This document shows, piece after piece, positions 1-10,853 of a stretch of DNA of 64,000 nucleotides (its first letter is position 1; each line of letters starts with the position of its first letter). Both the position numbers and the translations under genes were made by a program. The stretch comes from Bacteroidales bacterium (GTDB taxonomy: Bacteria; Bacteroidota; Bacteroidia; Bacteroidales; GCA-2748055), in the NCBI GenBank assembly GCA_021738565.1, contig JAIPBT010000014.1:25821-89820 (forward strand), given 5' to 3'. The notes under the pieces were generated by a model. The model saw only the letters and a program-made list of their open reading frames with translations, searched no databases and was not told the DNA's origin.

Positions 1-812
1 GACCCGTGGGGATATGGATATGGAACAGTACCGGGGTGATCATTCAGTATTGTATAGCTCATCATAACCGGACCAATCCGGAAGCCGCAGATGGTGGAGG
101 ATTTGATTTTGACGGTGGAGTTTCAAACTCAATCATTCAGTATTGTATTTCCCATAATAATGAGGGAGCCGGTTATGGTCTTTACGAGTTCGGTTCAGAA
201 AAAACATGGGAGAATAATACAGTCCGGTACAACATTAGTCAGGATGACGGAATTATCAATGGCGGGTCAGTCGGTATCTGGAAAAACGATGACAGGGGCT
301 CCATGAGGAACTGTGAAATCTACAATAACACTTTTTATAACAGCAATCCTGGAGGAAGCAATCTGTGGTTGTACAGCAATTATCCCGGAATTAACTTTCG
401 AAACAATGTATTTATATACAACGGATCCTTACTCTCTGAAGGGAACAAGTTGAAAGATGAGATTTTCCAGGGCAATCTTTACTGGAACCTGTCAGGGGAT
501 AAAACTTTTGAGGGATTTGAGAGCCTGGAAGCTTGGGCCAAAGCAACCGGAAAGGAGATGCTGGAGAATGAATTTACCGGACTATACCAGGATCCCCGCT
601 TGCAGGATCCCGGCAAGCTTGACCTTACGGATCCGGGGCAGATTATCGACAATATTACTGCTTATGTCCCGCTAAAGGGTTCACCACTGATAAACAAAGG
701 GCTGAACCTGAAGCAAATGTTCGAGATTGATCCGGGACCAAATGATATTAACGGAACGTTGATTCCTGTCGATGAAGCCTATGATATTGGGGCCATTGAA
801 TACAAGAAATAA
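1..812 (+). CDS. Right-handed parallel beta-helix repeat protein, C-terminal part (gene starts upstream of window); probable glycan-active enzyme of the PUL
   Basis: The frame is open from the window edge (codon phase starts at nt 3) to TAA 810-812. The GTG at 6 in the ORF track is a truncation artefact. Repeating turns IIQYCIAHHN / IIQYCISHNN / NNTVRYN / IYNNTFYN (Asn-ladder style) are typical of pectate-lyase-fold beta-helices. Confidence 0.6.
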   Translation, partial: PVGIWIWNSTGVIIQYCIAHHNRTNPEAADGGGFDFDGGVSNSIIQYCISHNNEGAGYGLYEFGSEKTWENNTVRYNISQDDGIINGGSVGIWKNDDRGSMRNCEIYNNTFYNSNPGGSNLWLYSNYPGINFRNNVFIYNGSLLSEGNKLKDEIFQGNLYWNLSGDKTFEGFESLEAWAKATGKEMLENEFTGLYQDPRLQDPGKLDLTDPGQIIDNITAYVPLKGSPLINKGLNLKQMFEIDPGPNDINGTLIPVDEAYDIGAIEYKK

Positions 813-866
813 TAAGAGAACCTGGAATGAATATCCTCCCTTCATAAAAGAATAAAAATTAAACCG

Positions 867-3326
867 ATGAAAAAACAGATGAAAAATTTGATCACTGCAG
901 TAGTGCTCATGCTGATAATGAACGCATGCGGTAGCAAGAAGGACGGAACTTCATCCCTGTTTTCTGATCTGGAGGGCCCGCGGTCAGCGATCCTTTTTGA
1001 TTTTGACTGGAAGTTTTACAGGGGGGAGATTGAAGGAGCCCAGGCATCAAAATTTAATGATGATTCCTGGAGAAATATTGATCTGCCGCATGACTGGAGT
1101 ATTGAAGATATTCCGGGAACCAACAGTCCGCTGGATTCAGGTGCAGTTGGGGGTATTGATATGGGTTATTTCACGGGAGGAACAGGGTGGTACCGCAAGG
1201 TATTTACACTGCCCTCAGAAATGAAAGATAAGCGATTTTCCATGATGTTCGAGGGAATCTACATGGATTCGGAAATATGGATAAATGGTGAACCCGTGGG
1301 AAAACATCCTTACGGTTATACAAGTTTTCAGTTTGATATAACCGATAAGCTGATTTTTGGAAACGACAATGTGGTCGCGGTAAAGGTACAGAATGAAGGA
1401 CGGAACAGCCGATGGTATTCGGGATCTGGAATTTATCGCCATGTATGGTTGACAGTAACCGAACCCATTCACATAACTCCATGGGGAACAGGTATTACCA
1501 CACCCGCTTTGAAGGATGACTATGCCGCGGTACATGTGACCAATGAAATTGAGAATAAAACCGGGGAATACGCATCGGTAAAAGTAAATACAAAGATTCT
1601 TGATGATGAGGGAAATGAAATGGCCAGTGATCTAAGAACAGCGGAGGCCATACCGGGCAGCAAGATCAGCGTCTTACAGGAGATGGAAATCCGGAACCCT
1701 GATTTGTGGTCGCCTGAAACGCCGATTCTGTATCGTGCTGTCACCGAAATTATGAATAAAAATTCTGTCGTTATAGATAAGGTTGAAACTACTTTCGGAG
1801 TCAGGCAGATAGAATTCACCAGTGAGGGCTTTTTTCTCAACGGTGAAAATTTACTGCTGAAAGGAGGTTGCATGCATCATGACAACGGGCCCCTGGGCGC
1901 TGCTGCATATGACCGTGCGGAAGAGCGCAGGGTAGCATTGATGAAAGCAAGCGGTTTTAACAGTATACGTACTGCCCATAATCCTCCTTCACCAGCCTTT
2001 CTGGATGCTTGCGACAGGCTTGGCATGCTGGTGATTGATGAGGCATTTGATATGTGGATGAGACCAAAAAACCCGCAGGATTATTACCGGTTCTTCAATG
2101 ACTGGTGGAGTATGGATATAGAAAGTATGGTGATGAGAGACAGGAATCATCCATCGATTATAATGTGGAGTACGGGCAATGAAATACCCGAGAGAGGTGA
2201 TCCGGAAGGTGTGGAGACATCAAAAATGCTGACCGGATTTATTCACAGCCTGGATCCAACCAGGCCGGTTACTTCGGCCGTTAACGGACTAAATTCCGAC
2301 AAGGACCCTTATTTTGCAACCGTTGATATTGCAGGCTACAACTACTCCTTTGGCGGTGATCATGGCAGGGAAAGTATTTTCAAAACAGATCACCAAAGAG
2401 TGCCCGACCGAATAATGTATTGCTCTGAATCGTATCCGTTAACTGCATTCGGCGCCTGGATGGATGTGCTGGATCATCCCTATGTCATTGGCGATTTTGT
2501 GTGGACCGGATTTGATTATCTGGGTGAAGCAAGTATAGGCTGGCTGGGTTATCCCCACGAAGGGAGCTTTTATCCCTGGAACCATGCCTACTGTGGAGAT
2601 ATTGATATATGTGGATGGAAAAGACCGCAATCGTATTACCGGGATGTACTCTGGAACACGGGAGAGAAACTCTCCATTTTTGTTCAGCCTCCTGAACCCT
2701 CATTTGAGGAGAATCCGGACAGGAAAGACTGGAGTAAATGGTACTGGCAGGATGTTACGGACCGCTGGAACTGGGAGGGATATGAAAATGAGCCATTGAA
2801 CGTGGAGGTGTATTGTGCCCACGAAAGAGTGGAATTATTTATAAACGGGGAATCACTGGGTATCAGGGAAACAAACAGGGGCACTGAATGGATTGCCCGC
2901 TGGGAGGTGCCTTATGTAGCCGGTACCCTAAAGGCCGTTGCATACAATGGTTCTGTTGAAGCAGATTCTTATGAACTGTATACAGCAGGGGATCCGGTAT
3001 CTGTAAAATTAAAGCCTGACCGTACAACCATCCAGGCAAACAATCAGGACCTGAGTTATATTGTGGTCGAACTTATTGACAATAAAGGCAAAAGAAATAA
3101 AGTTGCAGATGAATTGGTGGAATTTCAAATCGAAGGACCCGGATCGATTATCGCTGTTTCAAGTTCGAACCCGATGAGCAGTGAAAGCTACCAGCAACCC
3201 CGGCGTAAAGCTTATATGGGAAGATGCCTGGTCATTATTAAATCTACTAAAAATCCTGGTGTTATTAGACTGAAAGCTTCGGCAGGTCAGTTAAAATCGG
3301 CCGAAGTGCTTATCACCACAATTTAA
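867..3326 (+). CDS. Glycoside hydrolase family 2 (beta-galactosidase/beta-glucuronidase-type), lipoprotein
   Basis: 819-aa ORF with a lipoprotein-type signal (LMLIMNACGS). GH2 motifs present: NSIRTAHNPPSPAFLDACDRLGMLVIDE, acid/base WSTGNE, and later CSESYP. Confidence 0.85.
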   Translation: MKKQMKNLITAVVLMLIMNACGSKKDGTSSLFSDLEGPRSAILFDFDWKFYRGEIEGAQASKFNDDSWRNIDLPHDWSIEDIPGTNSPLDSGAVGGIDMGYFTGGTGWYRKVFTLPSEMKDKRFSMMFEGIYMDSEIWINGEPVGKHPYGYTSFQFDITDKLIFGNDNVVAVKVQNEGRNSRWYSGSGIYRHVWLTVTEPIHITPWGTGITTPALKDDYAAVHVTNEIENKTGEYASVKVNTKILDDEGNEMASDLRTAEAIPGSKISVLQEMEIRNPDLWSPETPILYRAVTEIMNKNSVVIDKVETTFGVRQIEFTSEGFFLNGENLLLKGGCMHHDNGPLGAAAYDRAEERRVALMKASGFNSIRTAHNPPSPAFLDACDRLGMLVIDEAFDMWMRPKNPQDYYRFFNDWWSMDIESMVMRDRNHPSIIMWSTGNEIPERGDPEGVETSKMLTGFIHSLDPTRPVTSAVNGLNSDKDPYFATVDIAGYNYSFGGDHGRESIFKTDHQRVPDRIMYCSESYPLTAFGAWMDVLDHPYVIGDFVWTGFDYLGEASIGWLGYPHEGSFYPWNHAYCGDIDICGWKRPQSYYRDVLWNTGEKLSIFVQPPEPSFEENPDRKDWSKWYWQDVTDRWNWEGYENEPLNVEVYCAHERVELFINGESLGIRETNRGTEWIARWEVPYVAGTLKAVAYNGSVEADSYELYTAGDPVSVKLKPDRTTIQANNQDLSYIVVELIDNKGKRNKVADELVEFQIEGPGSIIAVSSSNPMSSESYQQPRRKAYMGRCLVIIKSTKNPGVIRLKASAGQLKSAEVLITTI

Positions 3327-3328
3327 AA

Positions 3329-4330
3329 ATGACGAATATGAAAAGGCTGTTTATCCTATCATTTATCATAATGGCAGTTTCCTGTGGTGAAAAAACCACA
3401 GAAATTCCCGAATGTTATCAGGAGGTGGATCAGGTACTTTGGGTTGTTACAGACCTGGACAAAACCATACAGGCATACAGCCAACTTGGTTTCACAGATG
3501 TGATGGACCTGGGAACTTCAGTTATTGATTCAAAAGAATTTAAGAACCAGGTGAAAGTAAAGCTGGCAATGGCGAATCTTGGCGGAGCCATCGTAACCTG
3601 GATAGAACTCCTTGATGGGAATTCTGTTTTCCACGAATTCATGGACCACTATGGTGAAGGAGCCTTCAGCCTGGTACATCGGTTCCCGAATAAGCAAAAG
3701 ATGAAACAAGAGATGAATAGGCTGAGGGATCTTGGAATTCAGGTACGCGATGATATAATAATCAATACAGACCAGGAATCAATACACATTGTATTAATGG
3801 ATACCGAGAAGGAAGGAAAATATACGCTTGGATTTACATACAAAGATCAGGGGAAAGATTCAGCTGGGCAATTGAGTGCAGGTAACCGTCATTCTATGAA
3901 AATCAATCAATATGCATTTGCCATCCGGGATCCGGAGCCAGTCTCAGTCTTCTGGCAATCTGTGGGCCTGCCCGAACTCCAGATCAATCACCCGGTGCTG
4001 GGGGAGACAAAGTATTATGGAGAACTGGTAGATCATCAACTGATACAAGGCTGGCAACGCCATGGTAAGGTATCCTACGAATGGTGTATTCCGGTAAAAC
4101 CGCCAATCGTATATGAGGACCATATAAAGTTACATGGCGAGGGGATCCATCATCTTGCATTTTCAGTGGAAGATATGGATAAGGTCCTGGAGGATTTTAC
4201 ATCACGTGGTTTTGTTGTTTCCATGGGTGGAACCTGGGGTGAAAAGGGAAAACCCGGGTCGGGCCGTTACGAGTATATCGATCTTGAAGATTTTGGTGGT
4301 GTGACCATGGAATTGCTGTGGAACTTTTAA
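3329..4330 (+). CDS. VOC (glyoxalase/bleomycin-resistance/dioxygenase-fold) family lipoprotein, two-domain
   Basis: 333 aa with signal plus Cys (IIMAVSCGE). The start lies 2 nt after the GH2 stop, suggesting translational coupling. The second half has the VOC-like GIHHLAFSVEDMDKVLEDFTSRGF motif. Confidence 0.55.
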   Translation: MTNMKRLFILSFIIMAVSCGEKTTEIPECYQEVDQVLWVVTDLDKTIQAYSQLGFTDVMDLGTSVIDSKEFKNQVKVKLAMANLGGAIVTWIELLDGNSVFHEFMDHYGEGAFSLVHRFPNKQKMKQEMNRLRDLGIQVRDDIIINTDQESIHIVLMDTEKEGKYTLGFTYKDQGKDSAGQLSAGNRHSMKINQYAFAIRDPEPVSVFWQSVGLPELQINHPVLGETKYYGELVDHQLIQGWQRHGKVSYEWCIPVKPPIVYEDHIKLHGEGIHHLAFSVEDMDKVLEDFTSRGFVVSMGGTWGEKGKPGSGRYEYIDLEDFGGVTMELLWNF

Positions 4331-4402
4331 CTGCAGAAGATCTTTAATTACCCGAACCAGCGCTAAAATATAAAATGAACTTTAAATTTAAATGACCATA
4401 TC

Positions 4403-7400
4403 ATGAAGTATGCAAACCTTATGTTGATATTCGTTTCCATTGTTTCCCTGAACCTGAAGGCACAATCCCGGGAGAATAATTCCAACGATGTAAATATTTG
4501 GGTAGAAGCAGTAACCATTCCTACCTACGAAGTGGATGAACCGGACCGTATCCCAAGATTTTATGAGGGAAGGGCTTACCAGGGTGCACAGGGAAGGGTT
4601 TATCCCTATCCGATCTATGAGAGCCTTTCAGACAACAGGGTAGTCAGAGAATATGATATGGTATTTCTCGAAAATGAATATATCAAGGTTGAATTGTTAC
4701 CAGAGATAGGTGGCAGATTATTCGGAGCGCTGGATAAGACAAATAACCATGATTTTCTTTACAAACAGCACGTGATCAAACCAGGGCTGATAGGAATGTT
4801 AGGCGCATGGATCTCAGGAGGCGTAGAATGGAATTTTCCGCATCACCACAGGGCCACGGCATTTATGCCTGTGGATTATGTACTTGAGGAAAATGAAGAT
4901 GGCAGCAGTACAGTATGGATCGGGGAACTGGAAATCAGACACCGCATGAAATTTCTGCTCGGTGTAACGGTATATCCTGGAAAATCATACTATGAAGTGA
5001 CCTTCAGGCCATATAACAGGACACCCCTTATCAACTCATTTCTCTACTTCGCAAATGTTGGGGTGCATACCTCGGAAGAGTACCAGGTAATTTTTCCCCC
5101 TGCAACGCAATTCGGAACATACCACGGAAAGAATCAATTTGTTAACTGGCCCATTGCCAAAGAGGTTTATAACAGGGTGGATTATACAGATGGTGTGGAT
5201 ATTTCATGGTGGAAAAATCATCCTGAATGGACCAGTATCTTTGCCTGGAACCATGAGGATGATTTTGTGGGAGGATACGATCATGGAAAAAAGGCAGGAA
5301 CCATGTTATTCTCAAACCATCACATCGCACCCGGGAAAAAATTCTGGACGTGGAGTACAGGTCCAAGGGGTCAGATGTGGGACAAGGCACTCACCGAAAC
5401 CGATGGCCCGGAACTGGAGCTGATGATTGGCGGCTATTCGGATAACCAGCCGGATTACAGCTGGTTGCAACCTTATGAAACAAAATATCTCAGGCAGTAT
5501 TTCTATCCCATCAGGGAGATTGGAAGTGTGAAAAATGCAAACAAAGAGGCAGCCGTTAACCTGGAACTAAGAGAGAAAAACAAAATATGGTTTGGATTGA
5601 ATACAACCAGCCTGCGTGAAAATGCAACCGTGATACTTACTTCCAAAGGCGAAGAGCTGTTTTCGGAAAAAATTAATATTGACCCGGCAAATCCCTATTC
5701 CAGGGAAGTTAAAGTTGCCAAAGGAACCAAAGAGACTGACCTGAAAATAGTACTGAATACTTCCGAAGGAAAGGAACTAATCTCCTATACGCCCGTAGTA
5801 CTGGAAAAAATGGAGATGCCCGAACCGGCAGTTCCTCCGGGACCTCCTGAAGAGATCGGAACAGTCGAGGAGCTCTATTTCACGGGGCTTCGCCTGGAAC
5901 AATTTTACAATCCATCCTACGATCCCGAACCCTATTACATGGAAGCCCTCAACAGGGACCTGTCTAATTACAGGGTTAACACAGCTCTGGGGTTAAGGAG
6001 ACTCCGGAACGGAAATTTTGAAGAGGCGGAAGCTTATTTTAAAACGGCAGTGGACAGGATCACCCATAATTATACGAAGCCAAGGGATGGTGAAGCATAT
6101 TACTATCTTGGTGTGTGTCAGAAGTACCAGGGAAATAATACAGATGCTTACAAGAACCTGTACCAGGCAACGTGGAGCCAGGCATTCCATTCTGCCGCCT
6201 ATTACCAACTGGCGGAACTGGACTGCATGGACAGGCAATATGCAATGGCACTGGAGCACCTTGACCGGTCACTTACAACAAATATGAATCACACAAGGGC
6301 AATGAATCTGCGTGCTGCCATATTACGTAAGCAGGGAAAGGCAGATGAATCGCTGGCACTGACTAAAGATGTGGGTGAATTGGATCCACTTGATTTCTGG
6401 GCAAAGACAGAAGCCATTTTTGCCATGGAAGAGCGGGGAAGACTGGAAGAAGCCGGAGAAGCCAGTCTGAAGATCAGGAAAGCAATGCATGGGTATGTGG
6501 AATCATACCTGGAGATCTCCATGGATTATGCCGGTGCAGGTTTATGGGATGATGCAATCAATGTTCTGTCGGACATCTACCTGGAGGGCAATGTTAACAA
6601 GGAAGCCTACCCAATGGTATACTATTTTCTGGGGTATTTCCACCTGCAGAATGGAGACGAAGTCAAGGCGCGGGAATATTTTGAAACAGCTTCGAAGCAA
6701 TCGCCCGACTACTGTTTTCCGTTCAGACTTGAGTCGATTGGAATTCTGAAAACCGCTATCAAAGTAAATCGTACAGATCCGAAAGCACCATTGTACCTGG
6801 GAAACCTGTTGTTTGACCTGCAGCCTAAAAATGCCATGCTGGCATGGGAAAGATCAGCAGCTATTGATGACAACTATTGGCTCACCCACAGAAACCTTGG
6901 TATGGCCTACTATAAGGTAGATAAAAATATTCCCCTGGCAGCAAAACATTATCTTCAGTCAATCAATCAAAAGCCGGATGATCAGCGGCTGCTTTATGAA
7001 CTCGACCTGATATATGCAGCCGGAAGAGAAAACCCGGAGACCAGGCTGAAATTACTGCAGCAGCACCACGATGTAATTTCAAATAACCATGTGTCAGATG
7101 CCCTCTCCAGGGAGATCATGCTGCTCGTGCAACTTAATCGCTACGAAGAGGCCCTCTCAATTATGGAAGCAAATAACTTCAAACAATGGGAAGGAGTCAG
7201 CAAAGCATACAATTCGTACGTTGACGCACACCTCTTCCTTGGAAGGGAGCAGATGCTGGCAGGGAACTTTAAAGAAGCACTGAATCATATGTCAGCAGCC
7301 GGTGAGTTCCCGGACTATATGATGGTCGCTAAACCCTATAGGGGAGGGCGATCGGGTCAGGTGCATTATTATACGGGAATGGTTTACGATGCTATGGGAA

Positions 7401-7795
7401 AGAAAAAGCAAGCCACTGAACAGTACCAGTTATGTGTCGGGGAAAGACTGAATCCTGGATTAAATGAAAACCATTATTTCCGGGCAGAGGGGTTAAGGAA
7501 TCTCGGTTTTGAGCAAGAGGCAACGGAGATTTTTGAAGGGCTTATCGCCCTTGGTAAAAGTCGGCTGGAATCAACCCAGGCTGATTTTTTTGCAAAATTC
7601 GGCGAAAGGGAGACAGCCGCCGACAAAAAAGCGGATGCGCGCTTCTTAATGGCACTGGGGTACCTTGGCAAAGCAGATCAAAAGGCAGCCCTTCAGGAAT
7701 TGTCCCGGGCGGTTGAACTGAATTCTAACCACATCTGGGCTGCAGCCATGCTGAATGAACTGAACTCAAACCCTGTCACAACCAGTAAAAAATAA
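4403..7795 (+). CDS. DUF5107-type domain protein with C-terminal TPR repeats
   Basis: 1130 aa with a signal peptide. The N-terminal half (IPTYEVDEPDRIPRFYEGRAYQGAQGRVYPYP...) matches my recollection of DUF5107. The C-terminal ~600 aa consist of TPR-like helical repeats (AYYYLG, AYYQLA, ALxHLDRSL and similar). Confidence 0.65.
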   Translation: MKYANLMLIFVSIVSLNLKAQSRENNSNDVNIWVEAVTIPTYEVDEPDRIPRFYEGRAYQGAQGRVYPYPIYESLSDNRVVREYDMVFLENEYIKVELLPEIGGRLFGALDKTNNHDFLYKQHVIKPGLIGMLGAWISGGVEWNFPHHHRATAFMPVDYVLEENEDGSSTVWIGELEIRHRMKFLLGVTVYPGKSYYEVTFRPYNRTPLINSFLYFANVGVHTSEEYQVIFPPATQFGTYHGKNQFVNWPIAKEVYNRVDYTDGVDISWWKNHPEWTSIFAWNHEDDFVGGYDHGKKAGTMLFSNHHIAPGKKFWTWSTGPRGQMWDKALTETDGPELELMIGGYSDNQPDYSWLQPYETKYLRQYFYPIREIGSVKNANKEAAVNLELREKNKIWFGLNTTSLRENATVILTSKGEELFSEKINIDPANPYSREVKVAKGTKETDLKIVLNTSEGKELISYTPVVLEKMEMPEPAVPPGPPEEIGTVEELYFTGLRLEQFYNPSYDPEPYYMEALNRDLSNYRVNTALGLRRLRNGNFEEAEAYFKTAVDRITHNYTKPRDGEAYYYLGVCQKYQGNNTDAYKNLYQATWSQAFHSAAYYQLAELDCMDRQYAMALEHLDRSLTTNMNHTRAMNLRAAILRKQGKADESLALTKDVGELDPLDFWAKTEAIFAMEERGRLEEAGEASLKIRKAMHGYVESYLEISMDYAGAGLWDDAINVLSDIYLEGNVNKEAYPMVYYFLGYFHLQNGDEVKAREYFETASKQSPDYCFPFRLESIGILKTAIKVNRTDPKAPLYLGNLLFDLQPKNAMLAWERSAAIDDNYWLTHRNLGMAYYKVDKNIPLAAKHYLQSINQKPDDQRLLYELDLIYAAGRENPETRLKLLQQHHDVISNNHVSDALSREIMLLVQLNRYEEALSIMEANNFKQWEGVSKAYNSYVDAHLFLGREQMLAGNFKEALNHMSAAGEFPDYMMVAKPYRGGRSGQVHYYTGMVYDAMGKKKQATEQYQLCVGERLNPGLNENHYFRAEGLRNLGFEQEATEIFEGLIALGKSRLESTQADFFAKFGERETAADKKADARFLMALGYLGKADQKAALQELSRAVELNSNHIWAAAMLNELNSNPVTTSKK

Positions 7796-7798
7796 AGT

Positions 7799-8605
7799 AT
7801 GCATAAGATCAAGCGAAGAGAGGCCCTGAAGTTGATTGGTTTAGGATCCGCCTACCTGGCCGGAGGAGCTCAGTTTTCCTGCAAGGGAAAAAAACAACAC
7901 ATCATAACACTCAGCTTTGATGACGGTTTTGAGAAGTCCAGTATCGAAACAGCACGGATCTATGAAAAATACGGGTTGTCCGCCTCGATCAATGTGATTG
8001 CCACAGCACACCTGGAAGGATTTGAACTGCCCAATGAATACCATGCCTGGCCGGCCGGGGATTTTGAACTATGGAACGAACTGCAGGACAAAGGACACGA
8101 GATCATGCCTCATACTTACAAGCATGTCAATCTTACACAGGTGCCTTTTGAGCAGGCCACCAGCCTGATAATGAAATGCTTCGATGTATTTGCCGAAGAA
8201 CTGAAAGGATTCAGGCAGGAGAATGCCGTGTATGTTTTTGCACACAATGCTTCCACACCAGAGCTGGAAGAATGGCTGGCCCCCCGGGTAAGGGCATTCC
8301 GCACGGCAGGCGGAGTTTTTAATCCACTGCCATACATAGGCCAGAAAAAGCTTACCTGCGGCAGCCACGGTCCGGAGAATATAGACAGGGCTTTGGAAAA
8401 AGCTGTGAATGAATTTCTTGATGGTCCATCCGGCTGGTTCATCTTTAACACACATGGCCTGGATGAAGAGGGCTGGGGACCCATGAGTTCAGGTTTTCTG
8501 GATGAGTTGCTTGACCGGCTCGTTAATCATGAATCTGCCAGTGTACTGTCCGCAACCCAGGCTTTGGATCTTGCAATAGGAGGGACACACAAACTTACTG
8601 ATTGA
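7799..8605 (+). CDS. Polysaccharide deacetylase (CE4/NodB-like) with twin-arginine signal
   Basis: 268 aa. Carries the Tat-like KRREALKLIGLG motif, the NodB-type motif ITLSFDDGF, and the His motif MPHTYKH. The start lies 4 nt after the upstream stop. Confidence 0.65.
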   Translation: MHKIKRREALKLIGLGSAYLAGGAQFSCKGKKQHIITLSFDDGFEKSSIETARIYEKYGLSASINVIATAHLEGFELPNEYHAWPAGDFELWNELQDKGHEIMPHTYKHVNLTQVPFEQATSLIMKCFDVFAEELKGFRQENAVYVFAHNASTPELEEWLAPRVRAFRTAGGVFNPLPYIGQKKLTCGSHGPENIDRALEKAVNEFLDGPSGWFIFNTHGLDEEGWGPMSSGFLDELLDRLVNHESASVLSATQALDLAIGGTHKLTD

Positions 8606-8800
8606 GACCATATGCAGGAGATTAAATTTTCTGGGATACTTGGTTTAATGAAGGTCCGTAACTGCTTCATCAACTGCAAGCTGTTCAGGCAAGAAAAAAT
8701 GAAACCATGCAGCAACTGGATTTAGAATTAAAGAATTGGCTGGTGAAAATGGAAGATCCGTTCAAGCTAAATTGATAAAAAAACCAAACAGACTGACACT

Positions 8801-10810
8801 ATGATCAGAAATACTATCCTTACAGTGATCCTGCTGTCGGTCCTGATCCCTGATCTATCAGCCCGGGACCCGGACTATGATGTTGCCGTGTACGGTGCTA
8901 CCGCCGGCGGTACGATTGCAGCCATTGCAGCAGCAGGTGAAGGGGCCGATGTTCTCCTCATCGAACCCGGTAAGAACGTCGGGGGCATGGTTACAGGAGG
9001 ACTTTCGCATAATGATTACGGGGACCGAACCGTGATCGGAGGTATGGCCCTGGAATTCTACAAAAAGGTGGCAGACTATTATGGAAAACCTCTCTATTAC
9101 TGGAGAGGACCCGAACCCCATGTGGGGGAAAAAATTTTCAGGGACTGGCTGCAGGAGGCCGGGGTAGACATATTGTTTGAAAACAGGGTCGTTGAGGTGG
9201 TTAAGCAGAACGGAAAAATTACCAGTATAAAGCTCACGGATGGAAGTGAAGTAACCGCAAAAGTTTTTATCGATGCCAGTTATGAAGGGGATCTTATGGC
9301 AAGAGCCGGAGTTTCATATACCATTGGAAGAGAAAGCATTAAAGAATATGATGAATCCTGGGCCGGGAGACGGGCTATACTCCCGGACGGACACCAGATG
9401 CTTCCCCGGGTATCTCCTTTCAGAGATGAAGGGACCAGTGAAATACTGCCTTTGATCAACCAGGCCCCACTTGTGGGAGAAGGAGATGCAGACAAGGCAG
9501 TTCAGGGATACGGCTTCAGGGTCATCGTTACAACCGATCCGGGGAACAGTGTTCCATTCCCAAAACCTGTAAATTATGACCCCGATAATTATACGCTGAT
9601 CAGCAGATACTACGAAAAGCATCCCGATGCAGGAAATATGGTGCATTTGTGGCCCACGCTGCCCAATGGAAAATCTGATATGAACTCCTCCGGTCCCATT
9701 TCTACCAATGTTGTAGATGGACTGAACTGGGAATACCCTGATGCATCCTACGAAAGAAGAGATGAGATCTGGCAGTTAATGAAAGAATATACCCAGGGTT
9801 TAATCTATTTCTTATCGAACGATCAGTCGGTTCCTGAAAGGATACGTAAAGAGACAAGCAAAATGGCGCTGTGCAGGGATGAGTTTGCTGATAATGAACA
9901 TTGGCCCCATCAGCTTTACATCAGAGTTGGACGCAGAATGATCGGTGAGTATGTGATGACACAGGCTGACCTTGAAAAAGATACGGTAAAATATGATGCC
10001 ATCGGTATGGGCTCCTATAACATTGATGTACGGCACGTACAGAGAACCTGGATCCCGGTGAGCAGGTTTCCTGAATTGCACTACGAAGTTTATAATGAGG
10101 GATACATTTCAATACCCGTCGCACCCTATGAAATACCCTACAGGGCACTGCTTCCAAAGTTTGATGAATCCACAAACCTCATCGTACCCGTGTGCATTTC
10201 ATCCAGCCATATTGCCTATGCCTCGGTAAGGATGGAACCCCAGTACATGATCATGGGCCAGGCTTCAGGAGTGGCAGCAGCCCTGGCTGCAAGGGATGAA
10301 ATACCCGTACAGAAAGTAGATATCATTGAAATGCAGGGAATACTGACCCGCCAGAATCAGGTAATGACACTTAAAAACAATGTTTATGGCGCCTTTGAAA
10401 ACGATAATGGTATTATTATCGACAACAACATGAAGCGTTTTACGGAAAAGAGGGGTAGTTGGCAGGTTTCAGAAACGTTGCATAATGGCAGATTCCAAAT
10501 GAATTATGCGGAAAACAAGGTACAACAGGGGACCTTCAGTTTTTGCCCCTGGATCCCTGAAAGTGGCAATTATGAAATAAGTATCTGGTATCCGGTCATG
10601 AAAAGCTATGGGAAATCTGTTCCTGTGGAAATCGAAGCAAGTGGCAGGGCAGTAAGAAAAACCGTTAATCAGCAAAAAAACGGTGAGCAGTGGGTGTCAT
10701 TGGGTATATATGAGCTGGAGAAAGGATACAGGAAAGCAGTTACCATTATCGCGGATCAGGCAGATGGAACAGTGGTTGCAGATGCGGTAAAATTCAAACG
10801 AATAGATTAA
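8801..10810 (+). CDS. FAD-dependent oxidoreductase (FAD_oxidored-type) with C-terminal carbohydrate-binding-like beta-domain
   Basis: 669 aa with a signal peptide. Dinucleotide-binding motif DVAVYGATAGGTIAAIAAAGEGADVLLIEPGKNVGGM. The C-terminal ~130 aa (GNYEISIWYP...QWVSLGIYELEKG...VVADAVKF) resemble a golvesin/CBM-like domain. Confidence 0.7.
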   Translation: MIRNTILTVILLSVLIPDLSARDPDYDVAVYGATAGGTIAAIAAAGEGADVLLIEPGKNVGGMVTGGLSHNDYGDRTVIGGMALEFYKKVADYYGKPLYYWRGPEPHVGEKIFRDWLQEAGVDILFENRVVEVVKQNGKITSIKLTDGSEVTAKVFIDASYEGDLMARAGVSYTIGRESIKEYDESWAGRRAILPDGHQMLPRVSPFRDEGTSEILPLINQAPLVGEGDADKAVQGYGFRVIVTTDPGNSVPFPKPVNYDPDNYTLISRYYEKHPDAGNMVHLWPTLPNGKSDMNSSGPISTNVVDGLNWEYPDASYERRDEIWQLMKEYTQGLIYFLSNDQSVPERIRKETSKMALCRDEFADNEHWPHQLYIRVGRRMIGEYVMTQADLEKDTVKYDAIGMGSYNIDVRHVQRTWIPVSRFPELHYEVYNEGYISIPVAPYEIPYRALLPKFDESTNLIVPVCISSSHIAYASVRMEPQYMIMGQASGVAAALAARDEIPVQKVDIIEMQGILTRQNQVMTLKNNVYGAFENDNGIIIDNNMKRFTEKRGSWQVSETLHNGRFQMNYAENKVQQGTFSFCPWIPESGNYEISIWYPVMKSYGKSVPVEIEASGRAVRKTVNQQKNGEQWVSLGIYELEKGYRKAVTIIADQADGTVVADAVKFKRID

Positions 10811-10853
10811 TCAATGGACCCGGTACACGTGGATTCATTAAAAACCATAAGCT

